Source of the DNA: a virus
IMG/VR virus record: IMGVR_UViG_3300045988_131541
Coordinates: 1 to 42,668 of that record
Reading direction: 5' to 3' (one strand)
DNA length: 42,668 nt
Both the position numbers and the translations under genes were made by a program. Shown here piece after piece: positions 17,521-25,506 of the stretch. How positions within the stretch are numbered: the first letter of the stretch is position 1; every line of letters starts with the position of its first letter. Below the pieces are notes generated by a model. The model did no database searches. It saw only the letters and a program-made list of their open reading frames with translations, and was not told the origin of the DNA.

Positions 17521-17552
17521 ATAATAAAAGCACCTACTTGTTAGTAAGTGCT
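17521..17552 (-). terminator. Terminator-like hairpin
   Basis: Minus strand reads AGCACTTAC-TAACAA-GTAGGTGCT (9 bp, one G-U) followed by TTTATTAT. Confidence 0.5.
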
Positions 17553-17691
17553 ATTTTTTTAATTCTTTTTCTAAATATTCTTTATACTCTGTAAAACTAT
17601 TCCACTCATCATAATTAAACGGCAATGGTCTTTTGCCTTTTTGTTCTATATATTTATGAATTAAATTCTTTACATCATCTGGTATAATCAT
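17551..17691 (-). CDS. Small hypothetical protein (46 aa; not in the ORF track)
   Basis: Hand translation: MIIPDDVKNLIHKYIEQKGKRPLPFNYDEWNSFTEYKEYLEKELKK. Its ATG overlaps the end of the MuF-like gene. Confidence 0.4.
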   Translation of the reverse strand: MIIPDDVKNLIHKYIEQKGKRPLPFNYDEWNSFTEYKEYLEKELKK

Positions 17692-19273
17692 GATATGCTT
17701 TTACCACCTTTTCTTTAATTTCTTTTAAACCTTGTATATTATCTATTACATATAATGTATCTTTATTGTTTGTTAAACATGCTGACATTATATTTGCTGA
17801 TAATTCTTTCTCCACTCTTGTATTATCTTTTAACCAATAATTATTATCATGCCCATAATTTCCAGTTATTTTACCATTAGTTATGGCAGAAAATATATCA
17901 CTTAATGTCATATTATCTTCATATTTGCTACTTGACAACAGATTAATATATTTATCTTCATCTACATCTATTTGTAATCTTGCTCTTCTCAATTCATTAT
18001 CTATATTCAATTTATCAGATATATTGTTTCGTACATCTATCATATGTATAATCTCATGTGTTAAACTTTTAGATAAGTCATAATATTTAAAATCTGAGTG
18101 GTTTGGATTTATATATATCTTATCATCATCAATACTATATCTCATTGGAACATTTAAGTTATTATCTATTTTTGCATTGTTGCCTGTTAGATATTTATTA
18201 AACAGTCTTTTTACACTGGAATTTAATTTTGTGTTGCTTAAAACTTGTTTAATATCTTTACTTATTTTAGGTATATCAAGATTATACTCTATTTTCCCTA
18301 GCTTTTCAACTGGTGGAACATATCTTATTGTGCTTCTGCACCAGTGCCAATAGTACATAATTGGAGGCAAGTTAATACCAGGGACAAGTCCTTTTACTCT
18401 CACTGGCATAAGCTTAACATCTTTTTTACTATTACCCCAATACCTATCAAACTTATTCTCTTTATTAATATAAAATCGCATCATATTCATTGATTGGCAC
18501 ATTTCGGTACTGTGTTCATCGGTTACTGCCCAAAATTCCACTTGTGCGTCATCATCTGCGTTAGCTTTTATTCCTTCTACTTTTGCTAGATTATTTAATC
18601 CAATCATTTGTAAATCCGCTGCCCCTGATATTTTGTCATTATTTATATTAAGTTTTTGATTATTTTGCCTGTTTATTATCGTTTGAAACTCACTAGAATT
18701 GATTTCTAGGTCTCTTTGTTGTTGTATATTTAAAATTGCCTGTTTGTATAATTGTTGTGTATTATATTGCATTGTAGCTTCAATATACTGTTTCCAATTA
18801 AAGCCACTATAATTTGGTTGATCTAATAATGCAAGAAATAAAGCCATCGCTAATATTGATGGCTTTTTCTTTTTATTTACTTCTTGTTGTCCTTGTTCAT
18901 AGTAATAATTGGCATCTTCATACATTATTTGTTTTTCTTGTTCTTCAAGTTTGCTTTGTTCTTCTATATATGCACTATAAATTAGTAATTCTAATATTTC
19001 ACTATTTTTTACTCTTGTTCTTTTGTAAATATTGTTTGCTAATACAGTAAAGTAATTATTATTTTTTAGTAATCCTTGTTCTTTCCAAGACTCTATATAT
19101 GTATTTATTCTTTTCTTAGTTTTATTATCTATAATATTGTAGATATTTTCTGTTGTAAAATTAAATGTATCAAATAGTTCTTGTAATCTGTTTTGTGTTT
19201 GTCTTGATGTTTTATTGTATAGTTGTTTTAATTGTTTTACATATTTGTCATGTTGCTCCCACATATAAAACAC
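17675..19273 (-). CDS. Minor head protein (Mu F / SPP1 gp7-like) with a C-terminal HExxH extension
   Basis: Follows the portal gene. MuF-like core (..WAVTDEHSTEMCQSM..WHWCRSTIRY). The last roughly 210 aa carry HEIIH (nt 18044-18058). Confidence 0.75.
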   Translation of the reverse strand: MFYMWEQHDKYVKQLKQLYNKTSRQTQNRLQELFDTFNFTTENIYNIIDNKTKKRINTYIESWKEQGLLKNNNYFTVLANNIYKRTRVKNSEILELLIYSAYIEEQSKLEEQEKQIMYEDANYYYEQGQQEVNKKKKPSILAMALFLALLDQPNYSGFNWKQYIEATMQYNTQQLYKQAILNIQQQRDLEINSSEFQTIINRQNNQKLNINNDKISGAADLQMIGLNNLAKVEGIKANADDDAQVEFWAVTDEHSTEMCQSMNMMRFYINKENKFDRYWGNSKKDVKLMPVRVKGLVPGINLPPIMYYWHWCRSTIRYVPPVEKLGKIEYNLDIPKISKDIKQVLSNTKLNSSVKRLFNKYLTGNNAKIDNNLNVPMRYSIDDDKIYINPNHSDFKYYDLSKSLTHEIIHMIDVRNNISDKLNIDNELRRARLQIDVDEDKYINLLSSSKYEDNMTLSDIFSAITNGKITGNYGHDNNYWLKDNTRVEKELSANIMSACLTNNKDTLYVIDNIQGLKEIKEKVVKAYHDYTR

Positions 19274-19275
19274 CT

Positions 19276-20913
19276 CTATTCTTCTTTATTGATTTGTTTA
19301 TTAACTACTTTAGTTTGTTCTTTCTTATTATCTGCTGTTAGTTTTTGTGCTTTTTGTGTGTCTGTTAAGTCTGTCACTTTATCATCTTGTTTATCTTCTT
19401 TATTATCTTGCTCTGCTCCTGCTTGTCCCATCATTTGCATTTGTTGTAAATTCTTTTGAATATTTTCTTCATTTTGTAAGTCCATTTTTGCTAACTCACT
19501 TGTTGCATCTAAATCAAGTCCTAATAAGTTTATGACCGTATCATCACTTACTAATCCTCTTATTTTTAATGCATTAGTAATCATTGTTGCTACATCAGAA
19601 GGTAAATTTCTATTTAGTTTTATTTCAATATCTCTAAAATCATATGTTTTACCTTTTTCTTTATTGAATTTTTCTAATATTATTCTCCATCTTCTTTTTA
19701 AACCTTCTTCGAAATCTCCTTCAAATGTTGCTATATATTGTTGTAAACTAAAGAATTTCTTTTCAAGTGCTGCATTATTATCTGCTTGTGTAAAACCTAA
19801 ATCTGTCATATTAGGGCAAAATGAACACAAACAAATAATATCAATCAATGTCTTTTTGTGATTTTGTAATGCCGTATCGTTTACATTCTTTTCAACCCAA
19901 GCTATATCACTATTTACATCTTTATTTCCATCAAGATATCTTACTCTACTTGTTAATACATACTCATCTTCTTTTTGTCTTGCAGGGTTTATAATATCTT
20001 CGCCTTTTTCATTTTGTATAATCATCGGATTTTCTGGTGTATATCCTCTAACTTTCAATATTGCTTCATCATTATATTTAAATACATTTCTTGAATTTTG
20101 AATACATCTCTCATATGCTCTTATTAAACTGATTACAGGTTCAAAAATTGCTATTCCATCGCAATTTTCTATTGCTGTTGCTGGTATATCATCGTCCCAT
20201 TTTTTAGGTTGTTGTTCTTTTATGTTTTCTTTAAATAATGGTTCATCTTTAAATTTTTGTTCATACGCTGGTGTACCAAATATTTTTCTTTTTTCAGGTG
20301 TATCGTAATAATATCTTTTTCCATCTGCTGTTGTTAATTCTATCATTTGTTGATATTCACCATTTGCCATATATGTACGAATTATTCTGTATATACCTAT
20401 TAAATTCTTTTTAGCTGAATAATCCCATATAGCGATAGTTTCTAATGCATCACTTCTTGCTATTGTTATTTCTCCTGTTTTTTCGTCTTTATAGTATATT
20501 TCATAGCAAGCTCTTTTTATTAAGTAATCTAATACCATATGTAAAAAATGTGAAGCATCATTATTATAGTCATTTATATGTTTAATTAATTCTTTTATTT
20601 CTATTATTTCTTTTTCGTCATTAGTTTCATGATTAAATAGTTCTTTGATTATTTTGTCTTTATCTTTATTAAATGCTTTTACTTTATATGTTGGTGCTTT
20701 TCCTCCAAAATAACCGGCAGACATAACACTTATATATCTCTCAAGTGGTACTTTTATATCTTCATCATCTAAACTTGCTAGTTCTTCATCTGTTAATTTT
20801 CTTCTAAAATTCTCATATAATTCTTTTCTAACATCTAATTCTAGTTGTGCTTTAAAATATATATCTGTTATACTTTTTTCTTCCACTAATCTTTCTTTAC
20901 TATATCTTAACAT
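19276..20913 (-). CDS. Portal protein
   Basis: About 545-aa ORF directly after terL, with an acidic/basic C-terminal tail. ATG at 20913 with SD GGAGG. Confidence 0.8.
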   Translation of the reverse strand: MLRYSKERLVEEKSITDIYFKAQLELDVRKELYENFRRKLTDEELASLDDEDIKVPLERYISVMSAGYFGGKAPTYKVKAFNKDKDKIIKELFNHETNDEKEIIEIKELIKHINDYNNDASHFLHMVLDYLIKRACYEIYYKDEKTGEITIARSDALETIAIWDYSAKKNLIGIYRIIRTYMANGEYQQMIELTTADGKRYYYDTPEKRKIFGTPAYEQKFKDEPLFKENIKEQQPKKWDDDIPATAIENCDGIAIFEPVISLIRAYERCIQNSRNVFKYNDEAILKVRGYTPENPMIIQNEKGEDIINPARQKEDEYVLTSRVRYLDGNKDVNSDIAWVEKNVNDTALQNHKKTLIDIICLCSFCPNMTDLGFTQADNNAALEKKFFSLQQYIATFEGDFEEGLKRRWRIILEKFNKEKGKTYDFRDIEIKLNRNLPSDVATMITNALKIRGLVSDDTVINLLGLDLDATSELAKMDLQNEENIQKNLQQMQMMGQAGAEQDNKEDKQDDKVTDLTDTQKAQKLTADNKKEQTKVVNKQINKEE

Positions 20914-20927
20914 TGTTTCCTCCAATC

Positions 20928-20954
20928 AAAAAACACCTACTTTTTAGTAGATGT
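20928..20954 (-). terminator. Terminator-like hairpin between terL and the portal gene
   Basis: Minus strand reads ACATCTAC-TAAAAA-GTAGGTGT (8 bp, one G-U) followed by TTTTTTG. Confidence 0.5.
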
Positions 20955-22354
20955 TACATATTTATAAAAGACTTATTAGTCATTGTCATATTTGTATTTT
21001 TAGGTTTTGGATTTTCATATACCCCTGTTAAACAGTCTTCAGCATCATCATGTTCATTTTTTCCTGTTCTCACATAATGTTTTAAATGTTTGGCAAATTC
21101 TGGCCATCTATCCTCCCAATTAATTGGAAAATAAATGTTATTCATTACTCCTGTCGAATTACTTAATATTCTTGCAACTTTGTTTTCTCCTTGATGAAAC
21201 CAATTTACTTTTGTGTGAGTATTCTTTAACTCCTTTAACTCTTTTTGCACATTCCTTGCAAACCCTCTACCACCATTATTACTTTCTATATTCGCATTTC
21301 CTACATTATCTTTGGTCATCATTTCTGCTACTGCTGGTTCTGTCACTTCCATTGACTCTTGTGTATAAATAACATCCAAGATATAATATTCACTGTTATA
21401 CATTTGATAGTCTATTGAGCATAAGTAATCGTCGCCCTCATCTGCTGTATCTGTGTAATTCATAATATAGTGTGCTGGTGGTAATTTTTCATAAGTTTTA
21501 AAGGATGTATATAATCTATTTTTTACATCTATTGGTTCTTGTTGATAGTTGGCATATATAATGTCTTTGTTCATATTTTTAGTCTTAAATTCATAATCTT
21601 CTTTACTTAATACATCTTCACACAACATTGAACCATCTTCTTGAACTGCTTTGTAGTTTATATGCCTTACATTAGGATAATTTTCTAGTATATATCCTGC
21701 TAAATCATTACTAGACCATCTTGTCATTATTATAATTAGCTTAAATCCATTTTCTGTCCTTGATAACATTGTATTATTAAACCAGTCTATATGATTTTTT
21801 AATGTATTTTCATTATAGGCTTCTTTAGCATTTTTTATGAGGTCATCTATTATCATTATTGTACATCCAAACCCTGTTGCAGTACCTGTTGGCGACGTTG
21901 CTAAATAATTTGACACCTTACTTCCAGCTAATGCCCACTTTTTTTGTGTAGCTTCGCCATCTTTAATCTTGGTATTAGGAAATATATCATTATATACGAT
22001 TACGCCTTCTGTTTTTTCAGAAGCTATTGTGTCTCTTACTGATTTTGCAAATGAACTCGATAAATCCTCATTGTATGATCCTGTCATTATCTTTTCGTTT
22101 GGATTAGTTCCTAATATCCATTCTACAAATTTTCCTGCAGTTCTTGACTTTCCATGTCTTGGTGGCATATTTATTACACATACTTTTTCATCGCTCTTGT
22201 AAAAATCTTGTAATTGATAGCATAAATCTTTTAAAAAGTTACGTTCTTCTTCGTAAAAATCAGATGCAGTTAATTTACAATATTCAAAAAAATCACGTCT
22301 GGCTAATTCCAAACGTGCTTGTTTTTTTATTTCTTCTTTTAAATTATTATTCAT
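20954..22354 (-). CDS. terL: Terminase large subunit
   Basis: Walker A-like PPRHGKS, Walker B-like MIIDDL, and a C-terminal nuclease-region acidic motif. Overlaps terS. Confidence 0.9.
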   Translation of the reverse strand: MNNNLKEEIKKQARLELARRDFFEYCKLTASDFYEEERNFLKDLCYQLQDFYKSDEKVCVINMPPRHGKSRTAGKFVEWILGTNPNEKIMTGSYNEDLSSSFAKSVRDTIASEKTEGVIVYNDIFPNTKIKDGEATQKKWALAGSKVSNYLATSPTGTATGFGCTIMIIDDLIKNAKEAYNENTLKNHIDWFNNTMLSRTENGFKLIIIMTRWSSNDLAGYILENYPNVRHINYKAVQEDGSMLCEDVLSKEDYEFKTKNMNKDIIYANYQQEPIDVKNRLYTSFKTYEKLPPAHYIMNYTDTADEGDDYLCSIDYQMYNSEYYILDVIYTQESMEVTEPAVAEMMTKDNVGNANIESNNGGRGFARNVQKELKELKNTHTKVNWFHQGENKVARILSNSTGVMNNIYFPINWEDRWPEFAKHLKHYVRTGKNEHDDAEDCLTGVYENPKPKNTNMTMTNKSFINM

Positions 22355-22898
22355 TCAATATCTTTCTCAGTTCTTCTATTGACATTCCTGAAAATGGATT
22401 ATTTGTATTAACATTGCCATCAATTGTTACTTTTTCCTTAAACATTCCTAAATGTTTTCCTAATAATTCAAGAGCCTTTGTTTTATCTAATAGTTTTACT
22501 TTTTGTGTATCTCCTATTTTTTCTCTGTCATCTCCATACCCTTCATATTCTTCTAAAGTTTCTAGTGATGATATTGCTCCTGCTGTATCGCTGTCTATAT
22601 CTGCAACATTTTTTAATTGTCCATTTTCTGTATATAATTTTCTTATATCTAAAAATGCTATTTTGGCTAATTCTTTTATTACCATATCTTGTGTAACTTC
22701 TGTTCTTTTTTCTATTTCTTTTTGCTTTTCAGATATGTATTCTTGAACCTTAACATTTCTTAACATTCTGCTTGATGCTGCATTAGCTGTTTCATCTTCT
22801 TTACATTTTGGATAAGCAACCTTATATGCTCTTGTTGCATTAAGGTCTATTAAATACTCATCGCAAAATCTTTTCTGTGCATTTGTCAATTGAATCAC
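22347..22898 (-). CDS. terS: Terminase small subunit (Terminase_2-like)
   Basis: N-terminal pattern FCDEYLIDLNATRAYKVAYP..SRMLRNVKVQEYI. The true start may be the TTG at 22889. Confidence 0.85.
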   Translation of the reverse strand: MIQLTNAQKRFCDEYLIDLNATRAYKVAYPKCKEDETANAASSRMLRNVKVQEYISEKQKEIEKRTEVTQDMVIKELAKIAFLDIRKLYTENGQLKNVADIDSDTAGAISSLETLEEYEGYGDDREKIGDTQKVKLLDKTKALELLGKHLGMFKEKVTIDGNVNTNNPFSGMSIEELRKILNE

Positions 22899-22922
22899 CT
22901 CTTTTGTCTGTATCTTATTTTT

Positions 22923-23099
22923 CTATTCAGCTAAATAGATATGTTTTCCGTCTCCTAATATATTTCTTTCATCGCATTTTTTTATAACTGACATATAACC
23001 TTTTTTTAATACTGTTGGTCTATCTCCTCTTATTATTGGAATTATAGCTATAATTTCTCTATTATCTTTCTTATAAATTATTAAATCGTCATTCTTCAT
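22923..23099 (-). CDS. Small hypothetical protein (58 aa; not in the ORF track)
   Basis: Hand translation: MKNDDLIIYKKDNREIIAIIPIIRGDRPTVLKKGYMSVIKKCDERNILGDGKHIYLAE. The ATG abuts the upstream stop. Confidence 0.45.
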   Translation of the reverse strand: MKNDDLIIYKKDNREIIAIIPIIRGDRPTVLKKGYMSVIKKCDERNILGDGKHIYLAE

Positions 23100-23408
23100 T
23101 TATGTTCTCCGTACATATTCTTTTATTACTTCATTTATAAAATCATTACTACTTGCAACTACTTCGCATACATCTTCATAGCTGAATGTTTTATCGTCGT
23201 TTTGATTATGTCCGTATTCATATAGCCAAACATGTGTTAGTTCGTGTTTCAATGTCTTTATTATATTAGCTTGGTCTTTTAGTAGCATTATTGTTTGAGT
23301 TCTATATATTGTTACTCCTAATGTTCCATCACTTTTCATTTCGTTATTAATTGTGGCTTCATCTACTTCTTCTATTAACCATTCCGTATTATTTATTTTA
23401 AATTTCAT
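23100..23408 (-). CDS. Small HExxH metallopeptidase-like protein
   Basis: HELTHVWLYEYGH motif. ATG at 23408 with SD GAGGA. Confidence 0.6.
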   Translation of the reverse strand: MKFKINNTEWLIEEVDEATINNEMKSDGTLGVTIYRTQTIMLLKDQANIIKTLKHELTHVWLYEYGHNQNDDKTFSYEDVCEVVASSNDFINEVIKEYVRRT

Positions 23409-23553
23409 CTTTATCCTCACATATATTAAAATATTTGCATTTATCGCATTGTCTTTTCTCGTCTACAATACACTTTTGTCTTTTCTTATTCTCATAAAAT
23501 TTTCTTCTTCTATATTCATTGTCTATGTAGTTTGCTATTATACTACCTCTCAT
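23398..23553 (-). CDS. Small Cys-rich basic protein (51 aa)
   Basis: ATG at 23553 with SD AAGGAAG. Contains C..CDKCKYFNIC. Confidence 0.5.
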   Translation of the reverse strand: MRGSIIANYIDNEYRRRKFYENKKRQKCIVDEKRQCDKCKYFNICEDKDEI

Positions 23554-23584
23554 ATACAACACTTCCTTTGTATAAAACACTATG

Positions 23585-24100
23585 TAATGATACCGGATTA
23601 TACAAGGCGCTACCTCGTATCGTTTGGATTTCTGGTATCAACACAGCCTATAACCTTTAGCTTACGGGCCGAATCTCTTGGAAGTTCTGATATTCCTCTT
23701 CCCTGTGTCGGAATTAATATCTCAACCTTTTGCTCCCATTGCTTTTTTATATCATTACATACTATTTTACTTGGCGACAGAGTGAAGTGTCGAGCCCCAA
23801 GCATTTTACTGCTCCAACTGTTTTCAAGACAGTGTTCAAAGCCGTTTGAATTACTCTGCCATGTAGGGGATTTTAATTTTATTTTCAACGAAGGTTTCCC
23901 CACTTTTTACTCCGCATATCTAGGGGCTACCTAGAACCTGGCGACAACCTATGGACTTGCACCATATACCTTATTAGGTACGCATTTCTTAGCAGGAAAG
24001 CTCCAAACTTTTTGAATTAAGTTGTCATTTTACTAGGTATCGTTAATAGAAAAATAGAGCCAAACATTAAATGTTCAGCCCTGCAAAAGTTTATATCTTT
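23585..24100 (-). ncRNA. Candidate large structured non-coding RNA (about 0.5 kb; class unknown, ROOL/GOLLD-like or a late-operon leader)
   Basis: A 597-bp gap between convincing genes. GC is roughly 40-45% by hand count, against an estimated 30% or less for the genome. Stop-poor ORFs occur on both strands with atypical codons. At least 9 helices were found by eye, and 4 of them contain G-U pairs only if read on the minus strand. Confidence 0.6.
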
Positions 24101-24108
24101 TTTTCTCT

Positions 24109-24172
24109 ATTATAATTATAACTCTTTCAAAACTAAATTTCATCCAAATTTTATCACAATTTTATCACAATT
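24109..24172 (-). promoter_or_regulatory. Putative late promoter: tandem 11-bp repeats plus a perfect -10
   Basis: ttatcacaatt appears twice in tandem (24151-61 and 24162-72). Minus-strand TATAAT at 24109-14 (a second one at 24115-20), with only a weak -35 (TTTAGT at a 17-bp spacing). Confidence 0.5.
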
Positions 24173-24177
24173 TTTCA

Positions 24178-24726
24178 TTATTCACCTATATTTAGTACAT
24201 CAAGCATACTTTTTATTGCTGTGTCTCTTATATTTAATAATTGGTTTATAGATTTTGGTTTTTGGAACTCCATGCAGTATTGTTGTGATACATAATCCCA
24301 TTTAGATTTTTCCATATAATATATCTTTATAACAAACTTTTCTTCTGCTGATAGTTGATTAATCATATTTTCAACTCTTACTATTTTTTTGTCTAACTCG
24401 TCTTTCAATTTGTTTAGTTCTTCTAATTTGGTTTGTAAAAATTGCCTATCTTCTTTGTTTATGTGTCTTTCTTCTCTATGGTAATTCATTACCGTATTTA
24501 GCACTTTATCTGATACTTTGTTTGTATTACTATGTATGCTATCATAAGCTTGTCCAGCTAACTGCATATTTTCTATAATTTCGTTTTCTGTTTCCTCATA
24601 TACCGTTCCAGCATATTCCAATCTTTCTTCGTATTCTTCTTTTTTTAATTGTATTTCCGTCAGCTTTGCTTGATTTTTTAAGTGATCCTTTAACATGGTT
24701 TCAACGTCTTCTTTTATGTATTGCAT
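24178..24726 (-). CDS. Late-gene transcriptional regulator (sigma region 4 / ArpU-RinA-like)
   Basis: 182 aa. Long coiled coil, then an HTH-like C-terminus (KWDYVSQQYCMEFQKPKSINQLLNIRDTAIKSM). Last gene before the packaging module. Confidence 0.55.
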   Translation of the reverse strand: MQYIKEDVETMLKDHLKNQAKLTEIQLKKEEYEERLEYAGTVYEETENEIIENMQLAGQAYDSIHSNTNKVSDKVLNTVMNYHREERHINKEDRQFLQTKLEELNKLKDELDKKIVRVENMINQLSAEEKFVIKIYYMEKSKWDYVSQQYCMEFQKPKSINQLLNIRDTAIKSMLDVLNIGE

Positions 24727-24738
24727 CTTTTGTACCTC

Positions 24739-24894
24739 CTACAAATATTTTTTTAGATCTTCTTTTCGTACTGCTATTAAAAAATTCCCTAAATTAAAAC
24801 TTATTACCTCGTCTTCGTCTATAACACTGAATTTCTTCTTTATTACAGTATCGTTCTTAATTATTACCATTTCTATTGCATCTTCTGTTCCCAT
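24739..24894 (-). CDS. Small hypothetical protein (51 aa; not in the ORF track)
   Basis: Hand translation: MGTEDAIEMVIIKNDTVIKKKFSVIDEDEVISFNLGNFLIAVRKEDLKKYL. SD AAAGGGGGG sits 7 nt upstream. Confidence 0.5.
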   Translation of the reverse strand: MGTEDAIEMVIIKNDTVIKKKFSVIDEDEVISFNLGNFLIAVRKEDLKKYL

Positions 24895-24962
24895 AGATTA
24901 ACCCCCCCTTTATTTGATTTTTATTTTCTTTGTGAGTTCTTCTATTATCTTGTCCTTTTCTT

Positions 24963-25247
24963 CTAATTCTCCCTCTTTACTTTTTTAAGTGCATTAGTCC
25001 AACATTTAGTGCATCCTATACTTTCATAGTTACAAGTATCTTCTTCTTTCTTTTTATCTATTTTTTTTGGTCCGAATATGTCTGATGGACACATATTTAT
25101 TCCTCCATCGCAAAATATCTGATGACATCCCGCTTCTGTTGCATATTCTACTACTATTTGCATTATTTCTTTATATGTGATATTAGTTTCTGTCCCTTCT
25201 TTAAGTATTACTTTCTTTTTGCCTGACATATCATAAACATTACTCAT
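24963..25247 (-). CDS. Hypothetical Cys-rich protein
   Basis: 94-aa ORF in the co-directional array, with a 4-nt overlap with the upstream gene. Confidence 0.6.
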   Translation of the reverse strand: MSNVYDMSGKKKVILKEGTETNITYKEIMQIVVEYATEAGCHQIFCDGGINMCPSDIFGPKKIDKKKEEDTCNYESIGCTKCWTNALKKVKREN

Positions 25248-25504
25248 GATTGTCCCCCTTCTCGTAGTTCTTCATATGCTCTTATTTTCACATCTAATCT
25301 AATTTTAGTTTCTATATCATCACATTTTGCTTTTCTTTGTTTGTATTCCGCAATTTTTAATTTTATTATTGCATTTGGTGTGTAATCTTCTTGTAATTCT
25401 TTAATAATTTTCTTTGCTTGTTCTTTATTTATAATTAATTCTTTTTCAGTACATATATTTTCATCTGAAAAATTCAATATTTTATTTATATATTTTTCTT
25501 TCAT
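25244..25504 (-). CDS. Hypothetical protein
   Basis: 86-aa charged ORF, tightly packed with its neighbours. Confidence 0.6.
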   Translation of the reverse strand: MKEKYINKILNFSDENICTEKELIINKEQAKKIIKELQEDYTPNAIIKLKIAEYKQRKAKCDDIETKIRLDVKIRAYEELREGGQS

Positions 25505-25506
25505 TT

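Noticed and set aside
23353-23934. Track ORFs 23353..23934 (+, 193 aa) and 23610..23903 (-, 97 aa; GTG start with a GGAG 6 nt upstream) as protein-coding genes.
   Set aside because: They overlap each other almost completely on opposite strands. Both sit in a locally GC-rich block where stop codons are simply rarer. They use GC-rich codons atypical of the other genes in this window and have low-plausibility sequences. The plus-strand ORF also runs antisense through two good minus-strand genes. They are kept only as the alternative hypothesis to the RNA call.
23940-23975. The minus-strand string GGTGCAAGTCC resembled conserved cores of cobalamin riboswitches (GGTGAAAATCC-like) and RNase P RNA (GGAAAGTCC).
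   Set aside because: None of the other obligatory elements I remember are present nearby: the B12 box and the GCCACTG of the cobalamin riboswitch, or the RNase P P4/CR-V sequences. The genomic context also fits neither class.
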